A stretch of 64,000 nucleotides of DNA from a virus, in IMG/VR virus record IMGVR_UViG_3300006750_000006, positions 3,446 through 67,445 of that record; one strand, written 5' to 3'. Under the pieces are notes generated by a model. The model did not search any database. It was not told the origin of the DNA and saw nothing but the letters and a program-made list of their open reading frames with translations. Both the position numbers and the translations under genes were made by a program. This document shows positions 19,831-32,300 of the stretch, in pieces; the first letter of the stretch is position 1, and each line of letters starts with the position of its first letter.

Positions 19831-22800
19831 ATGAGCATTAAGGATTTATTTGATAAGGGCCATTCGCTAAAGTTTCTTAAAAATAAATCCCAAGATGATT
19901 TAGCTAAAGATTTAGAATCTGCAAAATATATTGATGAATATTCAACTAGAAGAGATAGATTTTTTCCAGATGTTGATTTTGCAACTGCTTCTAACTTTGC
20001 TCGTTTTGGGTTGGCTGAACTTTACTATGAAAATTCTATTAAAAGAATTTATCAAACCTACCCATATGATGGTTCATTAACAGAAAAGATTGAATGGGAA
20101 AATGAAAGTACCTATTTAGATCTTTTTATGTTTGAGAATGAATATCCTCGAACTAATGGCCATATAATTATTAATGGTGCGACAAGTACTTATACTGCAA
20201 CTGAAGAAAGTAATATATATAGCAGTAGCCTCCCGCAGTATGTTCTTTTCCACGGCGGCCCTCATGCCGATGCATCGGGAGATTACAAAAATGATTTTTC
20301 TGCCGGCCCTTCAGGCCCAGGTGTAACAAAAGCCAACATATATGATGTGGGAACACAACAAACCAATAATCTTGAACTTGATCCTTCGAAGGGGGTAACT
20401 GTTGAGTTCTGGATGAAAAAAGATGGCTGGGCCTCGACTACTCTTCGAAAACAGGAATATCCTTTTAGTCTTGTTTCTGCTAACGGCGAGCATTTTTATT
20501 TAAGATATCATGGTCTAACAGCAACAGATAGAAGTAGATTCTATTTTCGAATTGAATCTGGTTCTGTGAGCGATACTGCTTTACTTGAAACGGGCCTATC
20601 GGATATTGCGGATGGTAATTGGCATCATTATACATTTACATTCAAGACGTACGGCTCTGTGAATAAAGTGAATTTTTATGTTGATGGGATTCATAAAGAA
20701 ACTACGACACTTACCGTTGGATTGGTAACCGGTACTTTTGGTGGAACCCTTTCGGCTTCACTTGGCGCCTTGGCCGGCCCTGTTGGATCTAGTGCGGCAC
20801 AGGGCTGGGGCAATGTAGTATCCTGCTCTTTCGATGAATTTAGATACTGGAAAACAGAAAGAGATGCACAACAAATTGGAAGATATTATAGAACTCAAAT
20901 TGGTGGTGGAACAAACACTGATAACGATAAATATGATAATGTAACAAACAAAGTAGATCTTGGCGTCTATTTTAAATTTAATGAGGGTATAGTAGGAAAT
21001 ACTTCTACTGACTCTGCAGTATTGGATTATTCTGGAAGAATTTCTAATGGTAATTTCGTAAATTATAGTTCTGAATGCAGATCCACTGGATCAGCAATGG
21101 TTTTATCAACTGCTGCTGATTATGAATTTGAAGATCCAATTGTTTATTCAGATCATCCAGATGTAGTATCACTATTAAGTAACAAGATGGATGTTGGGTC
21201 AATGCACGATCATCTGAATGTTGCTTCCATATATAAATCAGTACCCGGGTGGATCCTAGAAGAAGATGAATCTGAATCTAGCCATTTAAAGTTTTTAACA
21301 CAAATTATTGCTAGCTACTTTGATAATTTATATTTGCAAATGGAGAGCCTCCCGAGATTAAAAGATATAAATTATCCTTATGACAACAACTATGAAAAGC
21401 CCCTGCCTTTTGCTGATTATTTACTTGGTACACGCGGCCTTGAAACTCCAGAATTGTTCGCCGATGCTTCCATATTGGCAAAATATCTTCAAAGAGGAGA
21501 AAAAAAGCTTTATGAACAGAAACTTTATGAAGTAAAAAATACAATATACCAAAATATATATAATAATTTATCATATATACAAAAATCAAAAGGTACCATA
21601 AAGTCTTTAAGAAATTTTCTTAGATGTTATGGAATAGATGAAGAATTAATTAAAATAAATATTTATGCGGCTAATGACACATATGAATTAAAAGAAAATA
21701 CTTCGCATGCTTCTGTAAAGAAGAAATATCTTGATTTCGATGATTTAGAAACAAGATTCGCCAGTACTGGATTGTATGATAACTCATATACTGCGACTGC
21801 TTATCAGTATTATGACTCGATAGACTCTAATTCAATATCTTATATTCCTGGGGTTTCTGCTTCTTTTATGTCTGGCGCCTCAATGACTTTGGAAGCAGAA
21901 GTAATCTTCCCTAAAAGATTTTTATCTGGTGATGACAACTACCAGTTGTTTCCCTCTTTAACTTCTTCTATCGCGGGCCTCCACGCCGCAGTAGCTGACA
22001 ACGAAGATTTAACATACGCCACAGATAATACAATTAATTTTAATTTTGTTGTAAACAAAGGAAACAATGACAGGAGAAATGCTAGTTTTGCTCTAGTGAG
22101 TGACGGTTTGTTGCCAATATTATCTACGTTGGAAACAGAAACTTTCATGGGTATATATGACAATGAAAAATGGAATTTAGCATTTAGATTAAGACCAACA
22201 AAGCATCCTATTGCTAACTTAGTTGATGGCAGCCTAGAAGAAGCTAGCACTGCTTATACTTATGAGTTTTATGGTGTCAATTACCTATCAAATATATTAC
22301 AGAATGAATTCTCTTTGAGTGGTACGATGAGCCTATCCGATGCAGAAAAATTCTTCACACAACCAAAAAGAATTTATGCTGGTGCAACGAGAGAAAATTT
22401 TACAGGAAGTGTTTCTAGACATTCAGACGTAAAAGTTTCATCTGTAAAATTCTGGTTTGATTATCTGCCCAATGAAACAATTCGTGCTCATGGGAAAGAT
22501 GCTAGTATATATGGCCCACTACACCCCTATAAAAATAGTAATTTTGCGTCCAGTCATACAGAATTATTCGATGATTTTATTCCGCAAATAGAAACTTTGG
22601 CTCTAAATTGGACACTTGACAGCGTAACCGGCTCAAACCCTTCGGGACAATTTTTAATTGAAGATTTTGCTTCAGGCTCAACCTCTGACCGCAATATATC
22701 TAGACATGGCTGGGTTAGTGATGTCGCCAAATATAATTACACCGGCCGAGGAGACTTTTTTATTGGCGACTCTGATTACGCTGATCAAGCAGTCGACGTT

Positions 22801-25800
22801 GAATTTGTGCACACGGCCAAACAAAAGCTTCCAGAAATTATTAATAGCGATGATTTTGTTAAAATATTAACACAACAAGATGAAGTAGTATTTACTCGGG
22901 ATACAACCTATATTCAGCATCTTGTTTCTATTGAAAAGAGTATGTATCAGATTATTTCAGAAGAAATGCTGAGATTTTTTGCTACAATTGTTGATTTCAA
23001 CAACCTTATAGGCGATCCTGTTAATCGTTATCGACCAAATTACAAGCGCATGGAAAAATTGCGAGAATTGTTTTTTGAAAAAGTAGAAAATGAGCCAGAT
23101 TTAGATAAATTTATTGAATATTACAAGTGGGTAGATGATGCCGTCACAATGATGATCGCACAATTAATGCCGGCATCATCTAATTCTGTAGAGCTTCTTA
23201 GAAACATGGTTGAGAGCCATGTTTTGGAAAGAAACAAATATTGGACGAAATTTCCAACTCTAGATTCAGAAGTCAAAGATCCAATTTCTTCTTTGGTCGG
23301 TATTAATAAACTTTTATATAATTGGAAAATTGGACATGCCCCCCTGCCCTCCTCGCCGCTTTCACAGACAAAAAATCATCTTTGGTGGAAGGATAGAGCA
23401 GAAAGAGATATTGCAGAAATATCTTCAAGTGCACCAGGCGTAAATGATAATAAAAATTTATTATTGGAAAGGGTTACCACTGAAATAGTCACTTCTGGTC
23501 CTACATTAAAAACAATTGGCAACGCTAAATACGAAGTTTCTTCGTATATTCCGCGACGCCTTGCAAAACCTGTTCATTTGGATAAAGAACTTTCACTCAA
23601 GCTTAAAGGCGGCTCAAATCCAAAATATAATAATCGTCATGATTACTACAAAGGCGTTATTAAGTGGGGAAGCGATGATGACTTCATTTATTTAGATCTT
23701 GATAACGAAATATTAGAACAAGTTATTGAAGATGAAATAACACCAAATGAATTAAATAAAAAGCAATTTAGAGTAAAAGCGCTAACAATGCCGGCAAATG
23801 AAACTATGAATTCAAATGCACTTGGCGCAGGTTTAAATGATTTAAAATATTCTGATGCAAAAAGCACTTTATTATTACCATTTAATATATATTCATCGTC
23901 TGTCGATACAGGGTATCAAACTTTATATTCTAATCAATTTAAACTTGATTTTACTAACATACACGATGATAAATACGGTTATAATGCAGAAATACCAATG
24001 CAGGGTCCATTTGCTGAAAAGTATGTTGGGGGCATGCAACATCGCCATATCGAATTAAACAGAGGCACTGATGGCCAATTAACAAGAGCAGAAGGGTGGC
24101 ATTTACAGGAATTTTTAGATCAAACATCGACTGATATTCTTTTTACGGAAGATTTTGGAAATGCAACATCGGTCGGTACCACTGATGTTAAAATACTTGA
24201 TTTGCCACTAGGCTCTACTCTTGGTGATCCGAGCCCATATGAATATTGGAAAAATGGCGTGGGAGCAGACAACTCATGGACATTTTTATCTGGCCCCACC
24301 CCGTCAGTGGGTACTGGTCCTGATGCCGGGTTGGACGCTGGTTATGCTTATTGTGAAGTTTTACCATCTAAAGTAGGACAGACTTTTGCGTTGGTTACTC
24401 CCTTGGTTGACTTGCTGGACGTCCAACCCGATGCCCGGGTAGTATTTGCTTTTTATTATCATATGTATGGCTTGCATATAGGTAATTTAAAGGTTCAAAT
24501 ATCAGGTGATCCGACATTTCAAACAAATGTTGAAGATGTTCCGATGCTCTGGGACCTTTTAGGTTCACCCTTTATATCGACCTACATTGCAGGCCAACAA
24601 CAAACCAGCCCTTCAGATTCGTTTAGATATGCCTTTACTGCCTCTAATTTTATAGTTGAATATCTTAATAAATATTTAGGAACTCGTTTTTATATTAGAT
24701 TCTTATATACTGCCGGCATTACTCATTTGGGCGACTGCGCTATTGATAGAGTTTCAATTCAAGTTAACGAGACTGGAAACCAGCGTAATTCGTTTAAGCT
24801 TCTTAATCCAACCTACGATAACCACCATAGACCAAGCGCAATATATACCCGCCAAGAATTTGCAAAACGTCCTGTAAACATTCGCAATATTCACATGACA
24901 GGCTCTTCGCCGACAACAGCAGGTAATTATTTAGATAGATATGAATATGTTAGCACCACTAGTCCAGAAGCAAATGATCCTTGGTTTATTAAACATGCAG
25001 ATGAAATTACGTCGACAACAGCAGAAATTTTAGGTATTGGCACTGGCAGTATTGAGGAAATATTAACTATAACTCCTGGTACAATTAGAACTGAATTAAA
25101 ACGCCTTGACTATAATTGTCTTAATAAAGATTATCTAACTGGTTCTATAAAAAATAGAACGAGATTCAAAAATAGATTCAGCTCCCTAGGTGGTTTTGAA
25201 ATTATGTCACGAGGGTTCTTGGATCCTGCTCATGAAACTTATTCTGTCTACAATGCGATGCCATGGCGAAATAACTGGGGCAGAAAAGTATATAATACGC
25301 AACTTCAAGCACATATGGGCCAATTTGGTGTTAGCGTCCACGGTCCAAGTACTGATTTTGCGAGGGTACATGGTTCAGAAACAGTAGGCTCTATCAACGC
25401 ACTTGATTATACAATTACTGGCGATGCATCAAAACACAAAGTGCACAGAAATAATATTGAGAGGCCATATCTCGTTGTTTCTAGCTCTGTTCCCATGGTT
25501 GGAGATACTGCTGTCTCACTCAACGGCATAGCGCAATGTTATGTTATCGATGATGACCCTTCTCTTTCTTTTGGAAATGGGGTTGTTGATTCTCCATTTT
25601 CTCTAAGCGCATGGATTAAAGCAGATCTCACTTCCGAATTTGCGATTTTCAGCAAAGGATCCGACCCCACATGGGAATACACGTTCTATGTTTCCGCCGG
25701 CACCGACAGTCTTTATTTTATTGTCACCTCTGGCGGCACCTCGACCGAGTGGGTGGGTCAGTCGACGATTGCCAGTCTAAATAGTCATATTTGGTATCAT

Positions 25801-26358
25801 GTTTGCGCAACATATGACGGCTCCTCTACCACTTCCGGTATTAAACTTTATATCAACGGAGACCTCGCCCCTGCGGATCCTACGACAAACGGCGCCTATA
25901 TAGCTATGAGCAATACCTCTGAAGATCTTGATATAGGTAAAAGGGACACAGACTATTCTTCTGGCTCTATAGATGAGCCTAGTATCTGGGGAGTTGAGCT
26001 GTCAGCCGCAGAAGTATTAGAACTATATCAGGGTGCCGACTGTTATGATACCGTCGTCGCTGGCCCTGGAAATCTTGCAAATCATTCTCAATATAATAAT
26101 TTAATATCTTGGTGGCGTATGGGCGATCTCGATGATACTCTTGTTGGCCCCGATCTTATGGAAACATTCGACAGAAAAGGAAGTAATGATGCAACCCCTC
26201 CCGCTGGCCAGCGCCCGAAGACCACTCCCGGCCCAACCCCCGGCAGCTGCGATATAATCACAGCAGAATTTAAATCAACATACGACAATGCTTTCATTTC
26301 TCATATGATCCCGAGAACAGATAAACAATATGCATGGATAACAGGATCAATAATTTAG
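19831..26358 (+). CDS. Large baseplate/virion protein with LamG (ConA-like) domains and a MAM domain
   Basis: LamG motifs TVEFWMK..WHHYTFT..FDEFRYW and FSLSAWIK..WYHVCATYDG..GSIDEPSIW. KSKGTIKSLRNFLRCYG is a baseplate gp7/tail-I-like motif. MAM motif at about 24130-24770. Confidence 0.7.
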   Translation: MSIKDLFDKGHSLKFLKNKSQDDLAKDLESAKYIDEYSTRRDRFFPDVDFATASNFARFGLAELYYENSIKRIYQTYPYDGSLTEKIEWENESTYLDLFMFENEYPRTNGHIIINGATSTYTATEESNIYSSSLPQYVLFHGGPHADASGDYKNDFSAGPSGPGVTKANIYDVGTQQTNNLELDPSKGVTVEFWMKKDGWASTTLRKQEYPFSLVSANGEHFYLRYHGLTATDRSRFYFRIESGSVSDTALLETGLSDIADGNWHHYTFTFKTYGSVNKVNFYVDGIHKETTTLTVGLVTGTFGGTLSASLGALAGPVGSSAAQGWGNVVSCSFDEFRYWKTERDAQQIGRYYRTQIGGGTNTDNDKYDNVTNKVDLGVYFKFNEGIVGNTSTDSAVLDYSGRISNGNFVNYSSECRSTGSAMVLSTAADYEFEDPIVYSDHPDVVSLLSNKMDVGSMHDHLNVASIYKSVPGWILEEDESESSHLKFLTQIIASYFDNLYLQMESLPRLKDINYPYDNNYEKPLPFADYLLGTRGLETPELFADASILAKYLQRGEKKLYEQKLYEVKNTIYQNIYNNLSYIQKSKGTIKSLRNFLRCYGIDEELIKINIYAANDTYELKENTSHASVKKKYLDFDDLETRFASTGLYDNSYTATAYQYYDSIDSNSISYIPGVSASFMSGASMTLEAEVIFPKRFLSGDDNYQLFPSLTSSIAGLHAAVADNEDLTYATDNTINFNFVVNKGNNDRRNASFALVSDGLLPILSTLETETFMGIYDNEKWNLAFRLRPTKHPIANLVDGSLEEASTAYTYEFYGVNYLSNILQNEFSLSGTMSLSDAEKFFTQPKRIYAGATRENFTGSVSRHSDVKVSSVKFWFDYLPNETIRAHGKDASIYGPLHPYKNSNFASSHTELFDDFIPQIETLALNWTLDSVTGSNPSGQFLIEDFASGSTSDRNISRHGWVSDVAKYNYTGRGDFFIGDSDYADQAVDVEFVHTAKQKLPEIINSDDFVKILTQQDEVVFTRDTTYIQHLVSIEKSMYQIISEEMLRFFATIVDFNNLIGDPVNRYRPNYKRMEKLRELFFEKVENEPDLDKFIEYYKWVDDAVTMMIAQLMPASSNSVELLRNMVESHVLERNKYWTKFPTLDSEVKDPISSLVGINKLLYNWKIGHAPLPSSPLSQTKNHLWWKDRAERDIAEISSSAPGVNDNKNLLLERVTTEIVTSGPTLKTIGNAKYEVSSYIPRRLAKPVHLDKELSLKLKGGSNPKYNNRHDYYKGVIKWGSDDDFIYLDLDNEILEQVIEDEITPNELNKKQFRVKALTMPANETMNSNALGAGLNDLKYSDAKSTLLLPFNIYSSSVDTGYQTLYSNQFKLDFTNIHDDKYGYNAEIPMQGPFAEKYVGGMQHRHIELNRGTDGQLTRAEGWHLQEFLDQTSTDILFTEDFGNATSVGTTDVKILDLPLGSTLGDPSPYEYWKNGVGADNSWTFLSGPTPSVGTGPDAGLDAGYAYCEVLPSKVGQTFALVTPLVDLLDVQPDARVVFAFYYHMYGLHIGNLKVQISGDPTFQTNVEDVPMLWDLLGSPFISTYIAGQQQTSPSDSFRYAFTASNFIVEYLNKYLGTRFYIRFLYTAGITHLGDCAIDRVSIQVNETGNQRNSFKLLNPTYDNHHRPSAIYTRQEFAKRPVNIRNIHMTGSSPTTAGNYLDRYEYVSTTSPEANDPWFIKHADEITSTTAEILGIGTGSIEEILTITPGTIRTELKRLDYNCLNKDYLTGSIKNRTRFKNRFSSLGGFEIMSRGFLDPAHETYSVYNAMPWRNNWGRKVYNTQLQAHMGQFGVSVHGPSTDFARVHGSETVGSINALDYTITGDASKHKVHRNNIERPYLVVSSSVPMVGDTAVSLNGIAQCYVIDDDPSLSFGNGVVDSPFSLSAWIKADLTSEFAIFSKGSDPTWEYTFYVSAGTDSLYFIVTSGGTSTEWVGQSTIASLNSHIWYHVCATYDGSSTTSGIKLYINGDLAPADPTTNGAYIAMSNTSEDLDIGKRDTDYSSGSIDEPSIWGVELSAAEVLELYQGADCYDTVVAGPGNLANHSQYNNLISWWRMGDLDDTLVGPDLMETFDRKGSNDATPPAGQRPKTTPGPTPGSCDIITAEFKSTYDNAFISHMIPRTDKQYAWITGSII

Positions 26359-26364
26359 GGTATA

Positions 26365-26381
26365 ATCTAATTATATGTTAG
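26365..26381 (+). promoter_or_regulatory. Putative late promoter ATCTAATTATATGTTAG (copy 1)
   Basis: Intergenic. An identical 17-mer occurs at 60212-60228, and both copies lie 14 nt before a start codon. Confidence 0.65.
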
Positions 26382-26395
26382 GACCAAGGTAAAAA

Positions 26396-29300
26396 ATGGC
26401 AACAGATGAAACATTAAATTTTGTGAGTGCGAGCGAGTCTTTAATTGCACACGTCGCCGGTATGCAATTCCACTCGGCCACCCCTCACTATGCTGCAGCA
26501 CACCCTGAGTACGATTATTCTCCTGCTGCAAATTTTACAAATTTAAACTTGGGTATACAGGAACCAATAACTTCTTCAGAAAATTTTCTTGGCTATAGCG
26601 ATTTAATTTTCACCCCCGGGCTCACACCCTTCGCGGGGGACACTAATTATGCAAATGTGGGCTCCGTCGTCGCGGACGCCAACACCTTCGTTGGATCTTG
26701 GGCTTCTGGACTCCCAGGTTTGGCATCTATTCTAAATACAATTAATCTAAAGCGCAACGGTCCTTACCAGCATCCCACGTGGAAACAGATTAGAGGCGGT
26801 GAACATCCCGTTGCAAGATACCAAAGATTGCGCAATACGGTGTCAGTTGATCGGCGCAATCCCAAGCACATCGTTAAATCGGTCAATATGGACAATTATG
26901 GTCCAGAAGGTAGCCCAGCTTTTCATACCACAGTCTTTTCCGGTAGTGTGTCCATACAAGATCTAAAACAATTTTATGAGCCAGTAGTTGTATCAAAATA
27001 CAAGCCTTTTTTGTATGACGTACCAATTAATGTGGGCAATTTGGGCACAGTTGAACAAGCCAGAGCAAGACAAAGTTTGTTTAATCAGATGACTTATTTT
27101 TCTAATGATGACTTAAATGATCTTTTAAAATTTTCAAATGCGGCGCCCAATCCTCCAGCAGGATATACAGTTAATAATCAAAAAGTATATTCTTTATTTC
27201 ACGCTGCAAAAGATTTGGGGTCAGGCCGGTTTATTTTTCATGAAACAATTTATCCTCGCGGTATTAATACTTATCGCAAATATAAATTGGAAAAGCCAAA
27301 TTATGAAGAAGTCGCTGGTTACGGCTCAAATGGATATGATAGAAATCATGGCTTGATTAGAAGTTTTTGGAGGGATACCCAATATTCAACCACTTCTTCA
27401 TCAAGGCTCAGAACAATAGAACAAGCTTTAAGTACTCAAGATGTTACGCAAAGCATGAGTTACGCTCCTTCTTGGGAAAATCCCATGGATTGGCAGTGGT
27501 ATAAATCCGGGATTATACATCGATTTGATGCGAATGGCGACCTCGCTATTGATGCAGAAGATATTGGAATTTGGACATCTGGCTCCTCTTTTGGCGAAAA
27601 TATGACTGGTGCTTTTGGCGAAGGGGCCCAATTGTGGTATTGGCCTAATGGTATCGTAATGAATCAATTTACTACTGCAAAGTGTTTTGCTATTGACACC
27701 ACGTCTTCTTGTGGTCCGGTCACCCCGACGGCCTTTGGTGGTACAACATGGTCGTTTGGCCACATGAAAGGATATGTGCAACAAGATCCATACCAACCAT
27801 ACCAAATTAACCTTAATAGCGCGTGGCCTTTAGACGCACATGTTTACGATATGACACCTTCTTCTAGTGTTTGCCACCCGGGCCCCGCCTGCGCACCATC
27901 GTGCATAGATTGTTGTGGTGTAGGTTGTATTTCAAAACCGATTTGGACTTGGGAATATTATACAATTGGGGCCAACGCCGATCATATTGGTCTTACACCA
28001 CATGCATCAGATTTAATTATCTACCCTCCCGACCGCGGAGACTCTTTCACCTATTGGACTTCCATGCATGGTGGTTATACTCCGGAGGAACAATTGTGGC
28101 TTAGTTGGAACCCCGAGAACCCGAACCCGCGTCATTTTATTACGCGCTCAGCCGGCGAACTAGCATATAGCACAAAACCAACAATTTTCTTTTATAGGCA
28201 GACTCCTTTGGAAGTTACACAACTTGTATCAGTCTCGGCCTCGATCTGGGATCCCGACTGGGATGATTGGACTGATACTACGGGGTCGATGTATGGGCCC
28301 ATTGGCTACGCGGCAGCAACAGCTTCAATACAATATTTGCGTCATACATATCCATATCAATCACCTTGGTGGGTGACCAACTTAGTTGCTAATCGCAATC
28401 CAATGTTCGACACATATGCTGATTTTATTGGGAATGATTTAAAATATATTGCTCGCGATTATTCAATTTTACCTGAATTTAGAATATCAGAACATTTTGA
28501 TTATTATGACCGTTATTTTAGAGCTTATAAGAGCAATGGCCATATTAAAGTATTTACAACAGCAGAAGCTTTTGATGAATCACTTGGCCGCAAGGTCACG
28601 CGTGTTAAAAGGAACTTTGGAACACAAAACAATCCATTTTCTCCAGAAATCGCACACAAATTAGACTTTTTAACGCTACATGGTGTGGAAACAACTTCTA
28701 GTTCTGATTTAGTTAACTTGGAGGCTGAAGACCTTACGACAACTCGCTATACATATGATGATTTGGGCAATCTTCTTGAGGATCCCGATAATATAAACAA
28801 TGCAAAGCATTATAGAAATGTTGGCTCGAATGTAGTTTTCAACCAAAAATTTGTTCATACGGATGATATTAAAAACTTTACGTATTTAATACAAAATAAG
28901 GGATTCAATCAAGATGTAGTACCTGGTGAAATTTCATTTGAATGTGACAGCATTAAAAAGTTGTTACCATATGAAGGTTTTTATCCAATGACGAGGACAA
29001 CTCAAATTGGATCTTATTTCAAGAAGGCTTTTGAAGATTATATAGCAGAAGGATATTCTTCTACAAATAGCGAAGTTTCGGCAGCACCGTCGCATGGTTT
29101 AGGTCTGCCTGCATGGGATTTATTAGACGCGGATTTCTCGGGGTCTGTTCTAGGCATCGGAAACCCGATTGATGCATCCCCAACTACTGGGATGTTTTTA
29201 GTTTGGGATTGCCAAAACGTCTTCGAACCTTTCTGCAACACATCTGATAATTGTATTAAGTATGATACAACGGCAAACCGCTGGGCGGCTTGTTTGAGTG

Positions 29301-32300
29301 GCAATTTATCAACTGAACAAGATCGCTGGATTCAAACTGCAGAAAAATATAAAGGTACCTTAGAGATTACTTATAAATATCTCACTGGTGGCCCTATCAC
29401 CGACCTGTATGATCCCACTGGCCTTAATCTAGAAGTCGCCGAGGGCGGCGCCGGCGAAAATTTATCTCTTCAATATAGCGAAGACGGCACCACGTGGTCC
29501 TTCCTGGCCAGCCACTCCCCTTCCCTCATCCCGACAGCGTCTTGGAACGATGCGACCTCATCTCTAACTACAGATATACCTGTGTATATTAGGTGGCATG
29601 CATATGCCACCTCGCACACCATCCTCGGCGGTGCCCATTCAGATCACTGGGCTTTGGACGATATTCTAATTCGGGGGGAACCTAGTGCATTTAATAGTCT
29701 TGGAGCCCCCAGTGGACAATCACTAGATTCAAAAAATCAAGCGATGATGCAATCTTTATTGGAACCTTTCTTCGCGCCAGGTTTATTATATAATTCAATT
29801 AAATCGGGCATTGCTGTTGATTATCCTGTATATTTAAAAAATGCACCTGTGTATTATACTAGTTGTATGAGTGCCTCTCATGCAATTTGTATAGATCATC
29901 CTGATGGCATGCCAGATGATTTAACTCTCTCAACTGGTTCTTTTGGCCATGGCGGCTATCACATGATGGGCATTGCAAATGCTATGCCGGCCTATCTTAA
30001 GAGTGCACCTGATTATAGGATGCCTTTCGAAGCGCTTTATGATATGAATAAGCTAGCAAAACTTCACATATCAGATGCTAACAAAAATCCATTTGCAAAT
30101 TATTTAGTTTCGGACTTTTTATGGGGGTCTGGAAGTTTATATGGGGCCGGCAATATAAGTGAGGACTCCTCCGTCCACGTCACCGCGCTTGATTCCGCCT
30201 CTCTCGATTACCAGCCAAATGTTCGCCTCAAGCAAAACCCTGCTTATCTTGATACAACGGAATTAAACTTGTATGAAAGTGCTATTAACAATTTCCTTGC
30301 TGAAACTATGGAATTTTATTTAGAGCCTTATGACAAAACAATAAATACAAAATTCCCAATTATTGTATCGCGACCAAGACACCAGTTACAGGCTACAACT
30401 CCTGGATTTACATATTACATGGATTTGAAGTTGGAAATGGGCGTAGACCAGGTAATGTGCGAGGGCCCTCGCCGAAGTAACTTTATTTATAGTCCTAATA
30501 TACCATATGCCGAGGGCCCTCTTTCTTCCAGCTTACGTGGTTATTTATACGGACCCCCAATCGAGGTTGTTTCTCCTACAGAAGATTCTACCTTATCAGC
30601 TATCGGCAATAAAACTGGCGTTGGCCATCACTATGAATTAAATTTTCATTCAGCACTAGCTGCCAACTTAAGTGATCCTGCTTATCAACCGTGGACTCCA
30701 CCATATTTCTATGGTAACAGCCATATTACTCTTGCCTTTAAACCAAATTCAGCCACTACACCGATAAGTGACGCGTTCCAGGCAATTGAAACTAGCTCAT
30801 ATTATTTTGAACAATATAATATAGAAGATGGTCTTACACCAAAAATACCCACAACAGCTTCAACAGCTCAAGGTTCTTTCACAAGAATGAAGATTGATGC
30901 CAGTATTGATATTTTTAATGAATTGCTGGAGGTCGAAGACCCGACTTACCACTCAGATAAAATTAAGAAAATATGGTATGCAATGCCAAAGTGGGTCTGC
31001 CCGGTGCTTGATTTCTCGTCTTCACATTCGGGATATTATGAAACTGTCGGATATACAAACAATAATGAACGTAAACTTAAATTAACAACAATAAATAATC
31101 CATATCACGATGAGACAACGGGTAAGTCGATGTGGGGTGGCTATGGAACAGACCCCTATGATCCTTCTATTCTTACTGTCAACTTAGCTTCTGGGGCCCC
31201 CCTAAAATCCGATAAGGGAATTTATTTTTCATTGGCTCCGACCTTCCCGGGCATAGGCGAGGATACACTAGAAACAGCCGGCTTCGTAAGCGGCCTAGAA
31301 AGCGATGAAGGTTACTTTGTAACAAAAGAATCAACAATGGTGAAGCCGACGACTGGTTCGCTAGCCGAAAGATTAGGCCTAGGCGGCGAAGGCTCAGCCC
31401 AAAAGAGCGATATTAGATTTGAAATAGGCAAAATGGCTAGCAAAAAGACAATACGAGAAGCCATAGCTATAGTTCCTTATTTCGATGAACCAATAGATTT
31501 AGCTTTTATAACAGAGGCGTATAATCAACCGGTTGATGAAGCAACTAATTTTTCAAGCAATTTAAGTGTTCTTGGCGGTATTTTTAAAACAAGACAGATA
31601 ATACCAGGCAAACACTTCTTGGGAATACATAATTTAACTTTCGAAAAAATTCTCAATGTTATATTAACAGAAAAATTCTATAAAGGTAACTCGCTTAAAT
31701 ACAAGCAACTAACTGAACATTGGCTCACACAAGAAAATAATAATCAATCTACGCTTTCTAACGCTCTAAGTTGCGACGTTGGTAATATGATTTCTACACT
31801 AATTGGACACACGCACGTACCAGGCTCTCGTGGATACCAGCTACCTCCGGAATTTGACTTTATTCATAATAAAGATATTGGGCCATTCCAGATGATGATT
31901 GTGCCTTTCGAACATCAGCTAAATAAACAAGATTTAATTAATATTTACCAGGGTATAATGCCAGATATTAGTTTGAGAGCAGAAAAAGCATTTAGTAGTG
32001 TGGTCACACATCCAGGTACCGAACATGCCATAGACGATCCTAATTTGATACCTAGCTTTATAAGACCCGGGTCTTCTACAGTAAGCCGCATAATGTTAAC
32101 GGACTTTAATCTAGCAAACTTCCTTTCACCACTACCATTGGTAAGAAGAAAAATGATTGAGCAAGTATTAACAGCCGGCGGGCAAGGAAGTGTAACTTCA
32201 AAGCCAACAGGTGTCACTACTGCAAAAGAGTTTTATGAAAAAATGAAATTTATGGTTTTTAAAATTAAACAAAGGGCAGTCTCTAATTATAAGAGATACA

